DNA of 64,000 nucleotides, from contig JAQGDQ010000306.1 of the NCBI GenBank assembly GCA_030141605.1, positions 124,001 to 188,000 on the forward strand. Reading direction: 5' to 3'. Shown here piece after piece: positions 1 through 13,900 of this stretch. The notes under the pieces are model-generated. The model saw only the letters and a list, made by a program, of their open reading frames with translations, was not told the origin of the DNA and made no database searches. The stretch comes from Tubiluchus corallicola (Eukaryota > Animalia > Priapulida). The number at the start of each line of letters is the position of its first letter. Positions within the stretch are counted from its first letter, which is position 1. The translations under genes and the position numbers were made by a program.

Positions 1-520
1 AGTAGAAGCCGCTATTATTTTCCTTAAATCATTAGAAGGCATTAAACATATACAAAAAAAACACCAAATTAGAAAATAGAAATTCGGCTGCCAGTGATGA
101 TAGTATTTTAACAAACAATGCTAAGGTTTTAACATATTAGACAATTGATTATTATTATAACACAGACAAAACATTATGACTTATACTAAAGTAACTTAAG
201 TCATCAAAATCACTCTTCAAAGACAACATTTTTCTAACAAACAAAATTGGACATATACACTATATTATTTTATATATACTACTTCCAACAATAGTAATAA
301 ATAATAAAAATAAAATATTGATTACAAAATGCGCCTGCAAGTAATGCACTTTTAATAGCATTGGACAATAGCTGTCACAATTATAATTACCTGCAAACAA
401 GTATGAAACTAAAATTACTAAAGGTGTTTCAACAATACATACAATTTAAACAAAGAAATTGCAATAAAAACTAGGAAAGGCAATGTCATTGAAGAATGAC
501 TCAAGTACAAGTTGAAAGTG

Positions 521-522
<2 letters not shown>

Positions 523-570
<48 letters not shown>
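523..570. repeat. (AT)n microsatellite
   Basis: Pure AT dinucleotide run. Confidence 0.95.
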
Positions 571-573
<3 letters not shown>

Positions 574-3500
574 AAAGTACTAAAACAGCAACACACAGTC
601 ATAAACCACCTGTATATCAAAATGAGTTACTATCATAAATCATTCATCTCATACAAGAATTAAAGTTCCATGTAAAGAAACCAATGATTAAATAACTAAG
701 TTATTATACATTTTTCAACATAATGCCAATATTAACATGAACTTACATGCATAGCTAGTACATACTATGTATAAAACTAAAATATTACAGGTTATCAAGC
801 TATCACAAATAGAACAGCTTAGGATCCCAAAATGTCAGACACTGCAGTTTTCTTCAAATTAAAGACAAACCAAACACAGAGAAGGAATTCTCACACAGTG
901 TGGTGCAAAACCAACACAGACTTTAATGCCACTAGCAGTAGAAACGGCAGTCTAAATGAGAACACATGTGAGCAATGGCACAACTGGCAAAGCTCAAACT
1001 GTTCACATGTGACCTCTGTGTTTGGGTTATGGGTTTATCTTCTCTTCATTTCTATATGTGGACTGCGGATATTAAAGCAAAATGCCAAATGGCTGACAGA
1101 CTTCCTTAACTACATGTATTATATATGTCCCACTAGTGTCTCCATTATCAAGAGTGCAAATTCCTGTAAAGACTTTTCAACCTTCTAATGAGAAGTGCAA
1201 GAAAAATTTACATTAAATCTCTGTCCTTATTTAAATTCAGTTTGTACTTGACAATTTTTGTAAGCATATACATACACGTGAATATTGTATAATGGCTCTC
1301 AATGGCATGTATATTCAAATGGACAAACATGTAAACAGTTATGCTTTTTTCACCTAGATTTATACATGTTTTCTTCTAAGATGTATTTTTAGTTACCAAT
1401 TTTAGGTACATATGGCAATAAACAAGACGAATGCATACTTTTGGCATCTCTATTCTAAAAACCACAGCGTGAGAAATACAAAAGAATCAACTCAGAATTT
1501 AAACAGAAGTTACTGTGTACAACTGCTCAATCTAATTAGAATCATATCTACGACTACAATTAACATGATATACCATAAAATGAAAAGAAATGGAAGACAA
1601 ACAAAAATAATGTAATATGCTTGTGTGACTGAAAACTTTTTAGACAGATCGGAAACCACTTAGGCAGCAAGTAGCGGACCGAAGCACAAAACACTTTCGA
1701 TCTTTTTTTGTCAATTCACTAATATTGAATAATGGAAAAAACAAGCATTTCAAGATAAGATGTGCAAATGGATTATAAGAGGCGTTACCACATTCTCAAT
1801 AAATATTTAAATTCTATCATGTTTAGCGTTTCTTTCATTTTTTTCTAATTTTATTATCTTTCAAAATTGATAATATTTACTCTTTTTTCAGCAGGTGGTC
1901 GTGAAAACACACTCTTGTTTTGAAATATCAGTCTTTCCTGCACTACACCATTGTGTCATTGATTTATGGTTCAAAAATGCACCACCATTAGAATATTTCA
2001 AATATAATGAGTATAATATAAAAAGCTACCTAGTACTTAATTAAATTTGCAAGTGATATCTGGACAAAATGGTCCTTTTGTATTGTACCATTTATTGCAA
2101 ACAAAAATAAGACCCTGAAATGTGTTCTTGCAAGGAATACATTCCTTGAATATAAATACAATCGTTACTAGCTATCATCATGTATTGTACATTAAATAAA
2201 TATCAAGTTAAGACTTCTGACAATTTACACCTCAAGAGTGCAAAAGTACAATGTTCAGTACACAAAACAGACGAACATAAGACGGCTATCTGCTCACATA
2301 CCTTATCATGGCAAACATACCTTATAATATAACATGACATGCAATTATTAGCACCCACAATGCAATAAGAAGCTTTTTTTAAAAATGCAAATAAATGAAT
2401 ATTAGAATTACAGCTCCAGTTCTGTAAATAAACTATCATCAATAAACAAAAAGTGGTATTTAGGAACAAAGAAAAAGCTGGTTTCAATTTTTTTCTTATT
2501 GAAGCAATACTTAACTGTTGCAAAATCAAGCGATATCTTGGAGGAAAGAAATTTTTCAAAAAATAAATGCCTAGTGGCTCCAGCTCATGACGATCAAGAC
2601 AGTATAGAAAACTCGACTGAAATAATGATGACAAGCTACTGAGCTATTAACAGACTACACACACATGGATACTAAATTTTGATAAAAATTTACCATGCAC
2701 AGTTTCCATTACAATGTATAAAAGATTACAGTGTATTAGGTGAACGAGAATAAAAATGAAAATGACTCGGTGAAATGAATATTTCTATGGAGTTATTCGT
2801 AAACGAGTAACTAAAAAAAAATTCTTTCATTTTTTTAATTTTTAATAACTCAGCCAAATAAGAAGCATGTAACCAAAACCGAAAAACAGGATCATGTTAC
2901 GATGGACCAGATAACTTTCTGGATTAATTCTATTTTATCCTGTTAAAAATTATATAGCATTAACAAGCTATTGTTTTTAATTAATATTTTCTGCTGTGTC
3001 GACAAATTAAGAATATTGACAGAAAAATAACTCCAAAAGGGACACACATTTACAGTACAAGCACACGTATACATAAATGTAAATTTTATTAAACTGCACA
3101 AGTGTACACAGCAAAGTCAATTATAAAAATATGTGAGTGCAGGACAACACAGAACAAACCTTTCACACGGCACATAAAATGCACATGGAAACATTTTGTT
3201 TACTTTTTGATGTTAAACTTAGGGTGCATTGCTAGCCTAGTGCAGAATTAGATGTTTATGATTTTCACTAGTAAATTTTTGACTTTTCTAGATAACTGTC
3301 CTATTAGTAAAAAATATACATTTTTTTGCAAAAATTTAATTGCACAGTGTGGTTTCCACTTATGTACTTTTTGAAAATTTAATTATTCCTTACAAAAATA
3401 AAATGATAGCATTGTAGTTGAGGGTCCACTTTGTCTTCTGGCAACCAATATTTTTAGACCCAGTCTGCCAATGGCTCTGTTTTAATTCCTTCTCTTCGAT

Positions 3501-3737
3501 TTTGTCTATTTTAGCTTCTTGAGATTCAATATTAAACCATGCCAGCCAATGCTGAAAGCATATTTCCTTATGTCTAATCTGTCTTTGGGTTTATAAAATT
3601 TACAAAGATACCGAAGTAATAGCAACTACATTCCATAAGAAGAAAGATAGCTCTTCTAGAATATCAATTTTATCAATAATTTGAAAAACCTGAATCATGT
3701 CACTTCGTTTCCATCTATACTGTAATATTTAAATTAA

Positions 3738-4703
3738 GGCAGTGACTAAAAGTACGGATCCGTATCCAGACTGCAACAACTAAAAATACGGATCTGTGTC
3801 TCAAAAGCATTCACTAGAAAATACGGACTGATCCGTACCGCGAAAGATATTGACGAGAAACTACTGCGGATTGCCGTCAGAGATGGACGGATATCACTTT
3901 CTTGTTTATCAGCAACTGCAAAATCCGCAACTGTAAATAAATGCATTCGCAAAATCCGCGGATTGAGTGAAATTGAATATCCACAAAAATGAAGGCAACA
4001 AATTAACTAGGCTTGGTATGTGTGCCCTATCAATGAAAACTCACACAAGCACGATATACACAGACAAAGTTGTTTTTCACTGTGATAGTGGTATATTTTG
4101 TCAGATATGTTGATCAATACTAGAGTTGCTTAATACGTACTAGCTACTAAGTAAATACATCATTTTTGTATTATTTTGAATCATTATGAACTGATCATTT
4201 TAGTTTAATTAATCTCAACCTTATAGAAAAATACGGGCTAGTAGGTCATCATATTACAACACTCTAAGAAATTCATAACACTCTAATAAGACTTAAACTC
4301 TTGCTAGCTGGTCTACTATACATCAAAATACTAAAGTTTTTTGCACCAATAAATAAAATAAATTAAACAAACTATTAATTGGTAGCTTATGCAACACACA
4401 GCACTATATCTATTTGCAAGAAATAAAAGGAGACTAACTAATATTTACAGTGTAACTATTATATCACAAAGAAAAATGGTACCGAAGAAAAATGGTACAG
4501 TACAGGCTGTATAATGCCATATCACCATTTTCATGAAAAGGGCATGTACTTTTCAATGATGTGCAGGATTGTCAAAATCCGTATGTTTTGTAAATGTTAC
4601 AAAAAGCAGGATTCTGTATTTGTTGCAAAAACAGCTACGAATACGGATGCGTATTCGGTATCGCAGAAAAGACGAGTGCAGATCCGTACCTCTAGACAAT
4701 GCG
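3738..4703. mobile_element. Non-autonomous DNA transposon flanked by TTAA (Kolobok/piggyBac-type target site)
   Basis: TTAA|GGCAGTGACTAAAAGTACGGATC at left and GATCCGTACCTCTAGACAATGCG|TTAA at right form imperfect TIRs; repeated subterminal TACGGA(T) motifs at both ends; no ORF. Confidence 0.65.
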
Positions 4704-4742
4704 TTAAATTAAATCTAACAGGATTATCAAGAACTAAAGCAG

Positions 4743-5664
4743 GGCGCTATTACACTTTCACACCGTCTAGTTTTTTCTAGGTTATTACTCGTTTCTAGGT
4801 AATTATTCTATTATTCTCACGTCATCAGTGAATGTTTCCGCTAATCTCGTAGTAATTTAATCATATATTTAGGTATAATTACCAATAATTACGTTGTATT
4901 CACAGTTCTACACCTATACAGTTCGTATCGCCATCTTGTTTGTGTGTGCAGTCACGTGACGAATTTCGTACTAGTTTATGCATTATCAGGGCCTAGCTTA
5001 AAAGGCACGTGACACACTTTCATCTTGACCGCATTTACAAAATAAAGAAAAAACCTTTACTCTTTTTATAATCTAATAGTAATAATACTACAGTAATAAA
5101 TAAAATTAATGATAAATAACTGTAGTAGTCTAAAATAATTTCCTCGTATATGCCAGCTTGGGTCTGACAGAGAAACAAAAAATTCGGGAAGTCTTTGAAG
5201 AAAAGACAATGACTGGCACAGGATTATAATGGCATTTTAGGTTTATATACTCATTATCACCACCATTATTGCAGTATGTATGCTTGTAATTAATTATTAT
5301 ATACAGTGTTCCCTCACTTATCGTGGGTGTTCTGTTCCAGGCCCACCCGCAATACGATACAAACTCCCGTGGCTGCAACCCCAATAATCATAAATTATGC
5401 GAAGAAACTAAAAATACATGTTAAGGGCCACATCGTCACTGCGCAAGAGCGATTGCGCATTAGTGGTGTAAACACAGTTATTCACGTGAAGCTTTTTGCG
5501 TGATGGTGGCGGTAAGTAATGTATGATTTTAATAAGGTGTAAAAACCAATAATATTATGGGAATATGGTGTATATTATGCCTGTTGGTCTGCTTTCTGGC
5601 CTGCAGGCATGAAAACAACCAATAGGCCAGAAAAAACTAGGCGGTGGGAAAGTGTAATAGCGCC
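4743..5664. mobile_element. MITE with ~38-bp TIRs and up to 9-bp TSD (Mutator/Merlin-like)
   Basis: GGCGCTATTACACTTTCACACCGTCTAGTTTTTTCT at left; AGAAAAAACTAGGCGGTGGGAAAGTGTAATAGCGCC at right; direct repeat CTAAAGCAG at 4734-4742 and 5665-5673. Confidence 0.85.
5302..5375 (+). mobile_element. Tigger/pogo-like (Tc1/mariner) terminal fragment nested in the MITE
   Basis: TA|CAGTGTTCCCTCACTTATCGTGGGTGTTCTGTTCCAGGCCCACCCGCAATA resembles Tigger-type TIRs; no second end found. Confidence 0.5.
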
Positions 5665-7795
5665 CTAAAGCAGATATGATAGATTCGGATATAACAAAAT
5701 ACAAAATTTAGTATCTATAGAAGAATTGTTGAAAGGCAAATCTTCACAATACACGCCTAAAGAAATGAAAACAGTGTCAAATACTCTCGTCTAGGTACCA
5801 CCGTTGCTGGCATTACAGCAGAGTATAACTTGCAGTTACAGACACTTCTTAAGTACGGTACCATTTTTGTGTGAGTCAAACAAGCTTCACCAGAACCAAA
5901 TAAAGGCCAGACCTCAGCATCATTATGTCTCAAATTAGAATGTCTCACAACGGTCCTCTCTCATATGCCTTTTGAAACTGTAAATTGATGAAACACGATG
6001 GTTCATGATGAAAGATGATTCCATGGTTGAACTACACGATGTCCAACTCTTCGTGATTTCCAAACCAAATTTAATATTTTCCAAGCTAAATTAAAAACGA
6101 ATGCGAAAAGAAGCTATGTACAAATATATTGTGTACCTTAATAAAAACTGTACATCACTGGTTAAACCGTCATGCGGTGGAAAATCGCGAAGCAAAAATT
6201 AATTTACTGAAAAAGGCGAACTCCGGAAAATTACGTCGACTATCAAAATGGCGTCAAGCTTGTAACTCTCTGTCTCTCACACCGCTATCAAATATTACAT
6301 CGTTCTCTAGTCTAACGCCTGGCATCTGTTTCGTTTTGCAAAATCGTCTTCGATACATCGAGTGTCCATTGCAGAATTTGGGCTAACATATTTAGACAAA
6401 AATTATAAAGCATTTATGCGAACATAAAACACTCATTTTGATGTTTGTTACACAAAAATACAAAAACGTTTGATAGTAATTATTATAACGTCAAAGCCGT
6501 TGTTAATGATGTTACCAGCCAACCACCATCAATTAAATTTTGACATTAAACTTGAAAGACCGGAAATAGAGCTTAAATTTGAGCCTGAACCAGAACGTTC
6601 AATATTTAGTGAAAACTAATTAATTTAGAAATAATCTAGTTAGTCACTCTAGCATAATTTGTGTCTCACTCTAGATTGAATCACTCTAGTCTAGTACATA
6701 CTACATAGTCGTACGAGGAGGCTGTTGCCCAGCCAGGGCAAATCAATTGTACATTTTCAGTACAAAAGCTGGTTATTTTCAGGGCAAATAATTATGTCTA
6801 AAAATTTCAAAAAATTATTATTTCAATATCCAAAAATTGCTTATGCACTGCATTTCAGCTTTGTACTAGATAAGGATTATTTTTTACTTTGGACTGCCTT
6901 GGACAGAACAGAAAACACACCCTGGAGGTTTAAATTTGCTGCCTTGTAAGGAGGTCTTTGGTTGAAATACAGGAAGAAATCAGCTTTATCACATTTCTTG
7001 AATTGACTTTAAAATTTAAATAACGATTGTGGGTTTGTGCCATCATTACAACAATTAACAAAATTAACAAAAAGAAAGCATAAATGTGTTATAAAGAACA
7101 ACATTTATCCAAAAGTTGCGGAAAAAAACTAAAAGCCAAAAAACTGCACGATTGTAATTTTCTTTCAAATATTTAGATGGATTACCTATATTGTTGGTTA
7201 AGTTACACTGTTATACTGTTATACTGTTTGCTAAATAATTGTTAAAAGCATTTTCTATTTTATTGTCATCTGTTGTTAGTCGATTATCTATTTTTAATTT
7301 AATAGGAGAATTTTCTGTTTCTTCATGCATGAGCTCTTTCATTGTATGCCAAGTTTTTTTAATATCAGATTTATAATTATAAGTTTATCTAGGTATAGTA
7401 ATTTGTTCTTTTTTGCAGTTTTAATTAGCTTACTCAGTTTGTTTCAATATTTTCTGTACTTTTCCCCATGACTTGTCTGGACTGTGCTTTATTAACTGTC
7501 TGTATAAAATGTTTTTTGGTTGATACTATTAATTATGACTGATGTTATCCAGGGTTTTTTTATGGAAATTAATTTTTATGCTTTTTCTGAGTTGATTTTG
7601 AGATGTGGAAATCTGATACATGTACAGCGTTACAAACCAAATTAGGCTTGCACTTAAGGTAAAGTCACCGTAGGTGCCTCTCAAACGGGAGAGGTCGATG
7701 TGATATCACTGAGTTTGAGTGCATTCAGTGCAGCGTTTGTTGGCTGCTGGTGTATTGTTTACGCGAGATTTCGATATCTCAGAATAATTTTCAAG

Positions 7796-7969
7796 ATGGC
7801 AGCATTCTTAGCTATTAGTGAATACAGCAGCGATAGTGAAGAATCTAACACAAATGCAAACCAAGAAACAAATACATTCACACAGTCAGCATTGCAACAA
7901 AAAGGTTTCACGATATCAGACATAAAACGGAAAATGGGAGTTAACGCTGCACCAGCAGTGGATTTTCAG
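7796..7969 (+). CDS. CDC40: CDC40 coding exon 1
   Basis: CAAGATGGCA start context; [16 protein letters not shown]...[10 protein letters not shown]; donor CAG|GTTTGA, phase 0. Confidence 0.85.
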
Positions 7970-10900
7970 GTTTGAAAGTACCTTGACTTACGCCTTCTTA
8001 TTTTTTTCGTTATTGTCTAACTCAGGATGTTCTTTTTTCAGCAATTTTATTTGAAACTATTAATATTATTAGCAATGGTTTAGATAGTAACTCATTATGT
8101 AATACAATTTGGCTAAGTGGTTCTTCTAAGCAGAGAAATGTATATTTTATCTATATTCAGCACCTTGGCAGCAGACTCTAACCAAATTATTTTCAACTTT
8201 CATTATGTTATTTTTATAATCTTTCATTTAAAAAGCTGTTATAGATACCTACTACTTTTACGTCATTTTTCTTTTTCCATTGCTAAATTATACAATTTTT
8301 ATGTAACTGTGATTTTAGTATCAGTATACCATATCTTAACATTTGTTTATGAAAATAACTTTGCACACAGCCGATTTATGTAGTATTTAACGTGTATTGC
8401 TTTGCCAATGTACATTTTATGTATTTGTGCAAATAAAACTGAATTGAATTGAATTGAACAGACGGCCTTTACAACTCTAACCGACATTAAACTTGCTTTT
8501 TTACGTTATTATTATGTTTACATTAAGAATTTACAGTAATTTTTATAAAACAATTTCATAAATTAAATAACTTACTTTTTGTTGCCATTTTCGAATGTGT
8601 ACATTGCCATGAATACTTCCATGTTTCGTGTCTCTCGCGAGAATTACGTAGTCTGTGTTTAAGTTTTGCAGTTCACTGAGAAATTCCTTGGTTCTAGCTG
8701 AATAAGCCAGGGGTTGATCCATGATTTTTGAAAGGGAGGAGTCCCTGAATAATGAATAATTTCCTAGCAACACTCTAGCTTTGCCTTTGTGGTCTCACCA
8801 TTCACAGCAGCATGTTGTACACTGCAGTTATGCAGAGAGTTATGTTGCCAGACAATGCCAGTGGCCGATCAAGTATGCACGCTTCCTGGTTTCGCAAAGC
8901 TATAATACATGGTTGCAATATTAAGTTAAATTTCCTATCTTTACGCGACAAACGTTATAGGTAATTTTTCCATGTCAAAATAGAGGGTCCACCTTAACCC
9001 CCACTGGATCTGCTTCTGTAAATCATTGTGTTTAACTGTGTTTATGTAAAAATTAGTCATTGTGTCAATTAGCAATAACTTTAAAGTGCTTACATTGCTT
9101 TCAGACTTTAATTATACTTCAAAATGCATAACTATACACAATGTTATTGTAAGCTGATGATATAATTGTAAGCTCAAGCATCTGGTGAGATAAGAGTTTA
9201 TGTTGCACTGTGACTGGATTACGTCATTTTTCGTTCAAAATGAGTGCACCCAGCCATGAAGTGATCGCGATTTTAAATTGATTTGACCAATTACAAAAGG
9301 TGCTTATCACAATTTTATTGCTGAAACTTTCTAACATTATGCTCAAATATATAAATAAACTCAACTTCCTAAGAAACTTGCCAACTAAATTGACTGTAAA
9401 ACATTATGTGGTATTTGGAAATTTGACAAACAAATACTACTATGTTATAATTTATTATTGCTTTTTAAATCTGATATTTCAGTGCAGTGAAGTCAAGAAG
9501 ACAGTCGTTGATCCAAAATCCAAAGAAGTGTCTTACAATCCGAAATATGATGAACTATTCTCATTAGAGGTAACACTAACTAGTAAATATTAACATAATT
9601 ATTGCTATGAGCCCCTGTAACTGCTTTTTAGACAGACTTTTATTTTCCTTCAGGTAAACCACTATAATCTGTAGGCTTGAAATAAAAATTATTAATCGAT
9701 GACTTTGTTAAATCAGATTGTTAGCAAAATGCCTCGCTGTGATGTGCCTACTGTTAGTGGCAGCAGTAACTTACTTATGTTATAAAGTCAGTAGGGCTCT
9801 CGTTTTCTGGACCTGCCACTAGTAAGTCTACTTTAGCTAGTTTTCAGAAAGATCAGAAAACTGTTTTTAGTTGCCCAGAAAATTATCTTAAAATATGGAA
9901 TAAATATTCATCAAAAGGTACTTTATTATTTTGCAAAAAAAAGAGAGAAATATTTAAAGTAGTTTTTAAATTAACAGACAATGAAGACAGTTAACTGAAA
10001 ATGTGCGGCCTGTGTGTACAGCTTGTTTTCAAGAAGCAGAACTTATAGGTTCCTGTGTGTTTTCAAACAAGACATGCCTGTCAATCAGACTGCTGATTAA
10101 CTTTCTCAGATTCACAGGAACAGTGCAAAGTGCAGCGATTACAGGGTTTTATATATCACTGAAAATTTCAGCGAAAAATGGACTTACAAGGTTTTGCAAT
10201 CCTTGATTTTGAAAAGGATTGCTAATCGTAACTATTTCAGAGCAATCAGGTGCTGAAAGAGGCAGAAAGATCATTAAAGTATAAGTAATATTTTAAACCC
10301 TAACAGCTAAATTGTATTGCCTGCTGTCACAAATCTCATAGCAAAACAAAACTATGAATGTAGTAAATTAACATTTATAATAACCTTTAATATATGGCTT
10401 CCTGATTCTGCAGTCAATGAGCACTTTTAAAACAGGTTTATCATGAACAAGTCTTGGGAGCTTTATAGTTTAAAATATTCCTATTTGGCTTTCATCTGCT
10501 ATGTACTTAAATTGCTCTAAAACAATGTGCATCTAAGTCTGATAGATGTTTCTTTGAAGCTACCTTGTGAGCATCAAATAATACATTAATGCATTCGGGC
10601 TGTCAAAGTGTACAAATTACTACTTATCAGCTTTACAACAATTGGTATGGAAAGACAGTGTAACTATCTGAGTATAACATGTCCAACTTACAATATTCCA
10701 GTTCACCTTATGACTGGTCAGTCATGTTGAACCAAATATGGTTGTAAGTTGACGATTAATTGTGCTAGTTTTCCAGGTACCTAGGTTAAGTCTTACCATG
10801 CATAATGTTGCTTCTAATATCTAATGCGCAGAAAAGCTATCAAAGTCTAGACTGCAATAATATGAGAAGCAAGTGTTATTAAACATAGTGCAGATTTCTA

Positions 10901-13900
10901 ATAACCAGTGTGAATAAGCCTGTATGCACATGTTTTAACCAGTTGTATTTTGACTTATAATTGATGTAATTCTTTCAGGATGGATCAGTGAAAACATTAA
11001 CAAATCTGCAAAAACCTACAAAAAACATGTTGACTGGATATGTAGAGCCTGCTCATGTCAATGATTTTCATTTTGATTCACAGCAGAAGACATTTCATAG
11101 CTATGGTAAATCGATTTTCTAATTATTGAAAGCATAAAAAATATTATGCAGCATTGGATTATCAAGTAAATAATTTCTTTTCTGCTGGTAGCCATTGTTA
11201 AACTCATGACAGCATTAAAGCCAGCATTACTTCTCTAAACTTGTGTTTCAGCAGCACCTTTAACACAAAATGTAAAGCGTTGCAGGGTATATTATTTGAA
11301 GTAACTGATACAGAATTTCAAAATTAACAGTAATATTCTAGTAGCTTTACCGATATTCCAAAGACAAATCATATAATGATTCTAATAAACTTACGTATGT
11401 GCATACAAAGTACAACAAAGCTGTAGTAGTCATAGTAGTTATTTCATTTATTTCTCATTTAAATACATGTCATTATATTTTAAAAGAAGAACTAAACAAA
11501 ATATCATTTACACGTAAATAAGCTGAAATTTGAGGATATGTTATATGAAGGACTATAGTGTTATATGCAGGATTGTCAATGCAATAAATCAAAACTTAGA
11601 ACTGATTATGAAAAGATGAGCATTGTAAATCATAAATCGTCTCATTAATCAGCAAAGCTCTATTCCTGTAACTTTGTATTAATTCTTTATATGCCTGGTT
11701 ATATTCCTTTAATCATGCCATTACATGCTGTTTACCTCCAAGTTGCAAAAAATATTCGTGCATCAGGTGACTTTAGTCATAACAAATATATCTGCCTTTT
11801 GATTTTCTTTTGATTTTTGTTACAGTATCATGCAGACACTACTAAATTGTTCTGTGTTCAAAATAATTAGACATTCTATGTAGTAAATCCACAGCTGGTA
11901 GGAAAGTCTATAGCCTACTTATAAAAGCGATTTAAATATTTTAAAGGAGCACCGTATCAAACTTGTAAATTCTTTCCTTTTTATTGTAATGCCACGTTCT
12001 TTGCATAATAGTCGTTGATTGTTTCTTAGGATAATCATTACGACAGAGTTAAAACTGGAAATGCAATTTCTTCACTTCAGTATTTACTAGGGGAATGTTC
12101 TTCAAGGCAGTCATATTGGCCATCATACTGTCACATATGACTCATATTGTCTTTCTAATTATGACTAATGATGTGTGTAAAGAGATTCCAACACGCTACA
12201 AACATGTTGATAATTTAACATTGGTGGAGGGTACGACTCACTTCACTAACTCGAAGATGCAAAATTAGATTAATAAATTGATTACCACTTCTTATCATAA
12301 CATTATGAAGTGAAAATGCAGACAAATGTAAAACCTTGAATTTTGATCTTCTTAGGAAGAAATAATATCTTCCCCAACTTATCATAAGTAAGCGACCAAG
12401 AATTACCAACAGCAGTTAGCAATAAAGTTTGGGCCTGTATATTCAGGATAATTTAAAGTGGGACGAGTATATGAACGACATGGTCAGTAAATCTATACAG
12501 AAATTATATATGACTCATTTAGTACAAAGATGGATGTATCTTTAGATGATTTGGTTCTATGCTACACATATTAGACCTCATATTAAAAATTCTGCTCTTG
12601 TTTTGCATGCTGCTATTACAAAAAACCCAAGAAGAAAATTCGGAAACTGTTCAGATCTGTGTTTGTAAATTAATTTTGGGTCCAAACATTATGTATTATG
12701 ACAATGCAATGCATACTTTTAACTAAAAACATTAACTTATAGAAGGTGAGAGTTAGCATTAAATTATACAAGTAAAAGCTTTCAGTTAGAAGTACATAAT
12801 CATTTGTTACCTGCCAACTCAAATCAGCACAATTTTAACTTAAGAAATAGAAAAGTACTGTTGAAAAATTTTGTAGAACAAAGCACAACTTTTATTGTGC
12901 TATCCCATATTTTAAACACATGTTAAAAGGTAACCTTACCCCAGCTAGCAAGTAGGATTTAAATAGTTTTGTCTTTTATATTTTACATTTTATTAATTTT
13001 AAATGTTCGTGACTTTTATTACTGTAAACTCACTGTTTTCAATGTACTTCAATGTGAGCGCTAATAAACTGTTTACTTGCTTTCGTACTATAATATAGCA
13101 TACCAGAGTGCTCACGCCACCCGTGTAGCCATCTAATTAAAATGTTATTGACATAGAAGCTAGTATACATTTAAGCAAAAATCACAAGTTCCCCTTACTA
13201 GATATTTCATAGATCAGTATTTAAAATGTTTATGTATATTTTACATACTTAGGTTATGCACTTGATCCATCTGTTGAAGTTGGCTCTCCAGACATGTATA
13301 TTGGCAATATACAGCAACTAAAGGGAAATAAAGGTACATTAAAAAATTGACAGTTTTAAACTCTAGTTTTGTGTACTTGTATTTGAAAAAATATCTGGAT
13401 GTACCCTGAACTATAGTTTAATTGCGGAGTTTTCGTCAGTGGAATAAAAACCGTTTTTGTGAGCAGAACTTGTTTTCGTAATGAACTTTTGAAGCACTGA
13501 AATGCATTAAGTGGTTTTTGGGTGTACTAATTCCTTACATACTTAGTAGGTACCTACACTGTGAGCCATGCTCACCTGGCATAACTCTTCAGAAAGCCTA
13601 GTTAACATCCTGTAATATGTGTAGAATCCACCTAAAGATTTTAAAAAGACTGCTTTTTTTGCCATATGAGATTTGCTTGTTTCCAGCACGAGCCATGCGA
13701 AAACCAGCTTACATCTCATATGCTACATATTTGGCTTTGTCATTTGCTATTTATAAATATCGATGCTTTTACATTGATTTAATAGAAATCTTCATGTTCA
13801 TATGTTACTAAAAACCTTTTTTTACAATAAGCGAAAATGATCTTAAGCCTAACTGAGGCCTAAATTTTTTGTATTTTGCCCTGCACTTTTCTTATATACT

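Larger units (their letters stand above)
3500..5720 (-). mobile_element. Decayed CR1/L2-group LINE 3' fragment, split by two DNA transposon insertions
   Basis: Minus-strand translation gives LQYRWKRSDMIQVFQIIDKID and FYKPKDRLDIRKYAFS (about 3550-3730) and NLSY (about 5675-5690), matching the ...LSYEERL..LEYRRLRGDMIQVFK...RLDIRKYSFS tail of CR1-type ORF2. Boundaries approximate. Confidence 0.65.

Noticed and set aside
832-2634. ORFs of 118 and 143 aa at the window start
   Set aside because: No recognisable domain, splice-consistent exon chain or coding-like composition; looks like intron or UTR sequence.
8860-9018. Possible hAT MITE (CAGTGGCCGATCAAG...CTGGATCTGCTTCTG)
   Set aside because: TIRs are very degenerate and no 8-bp TSD is visible.
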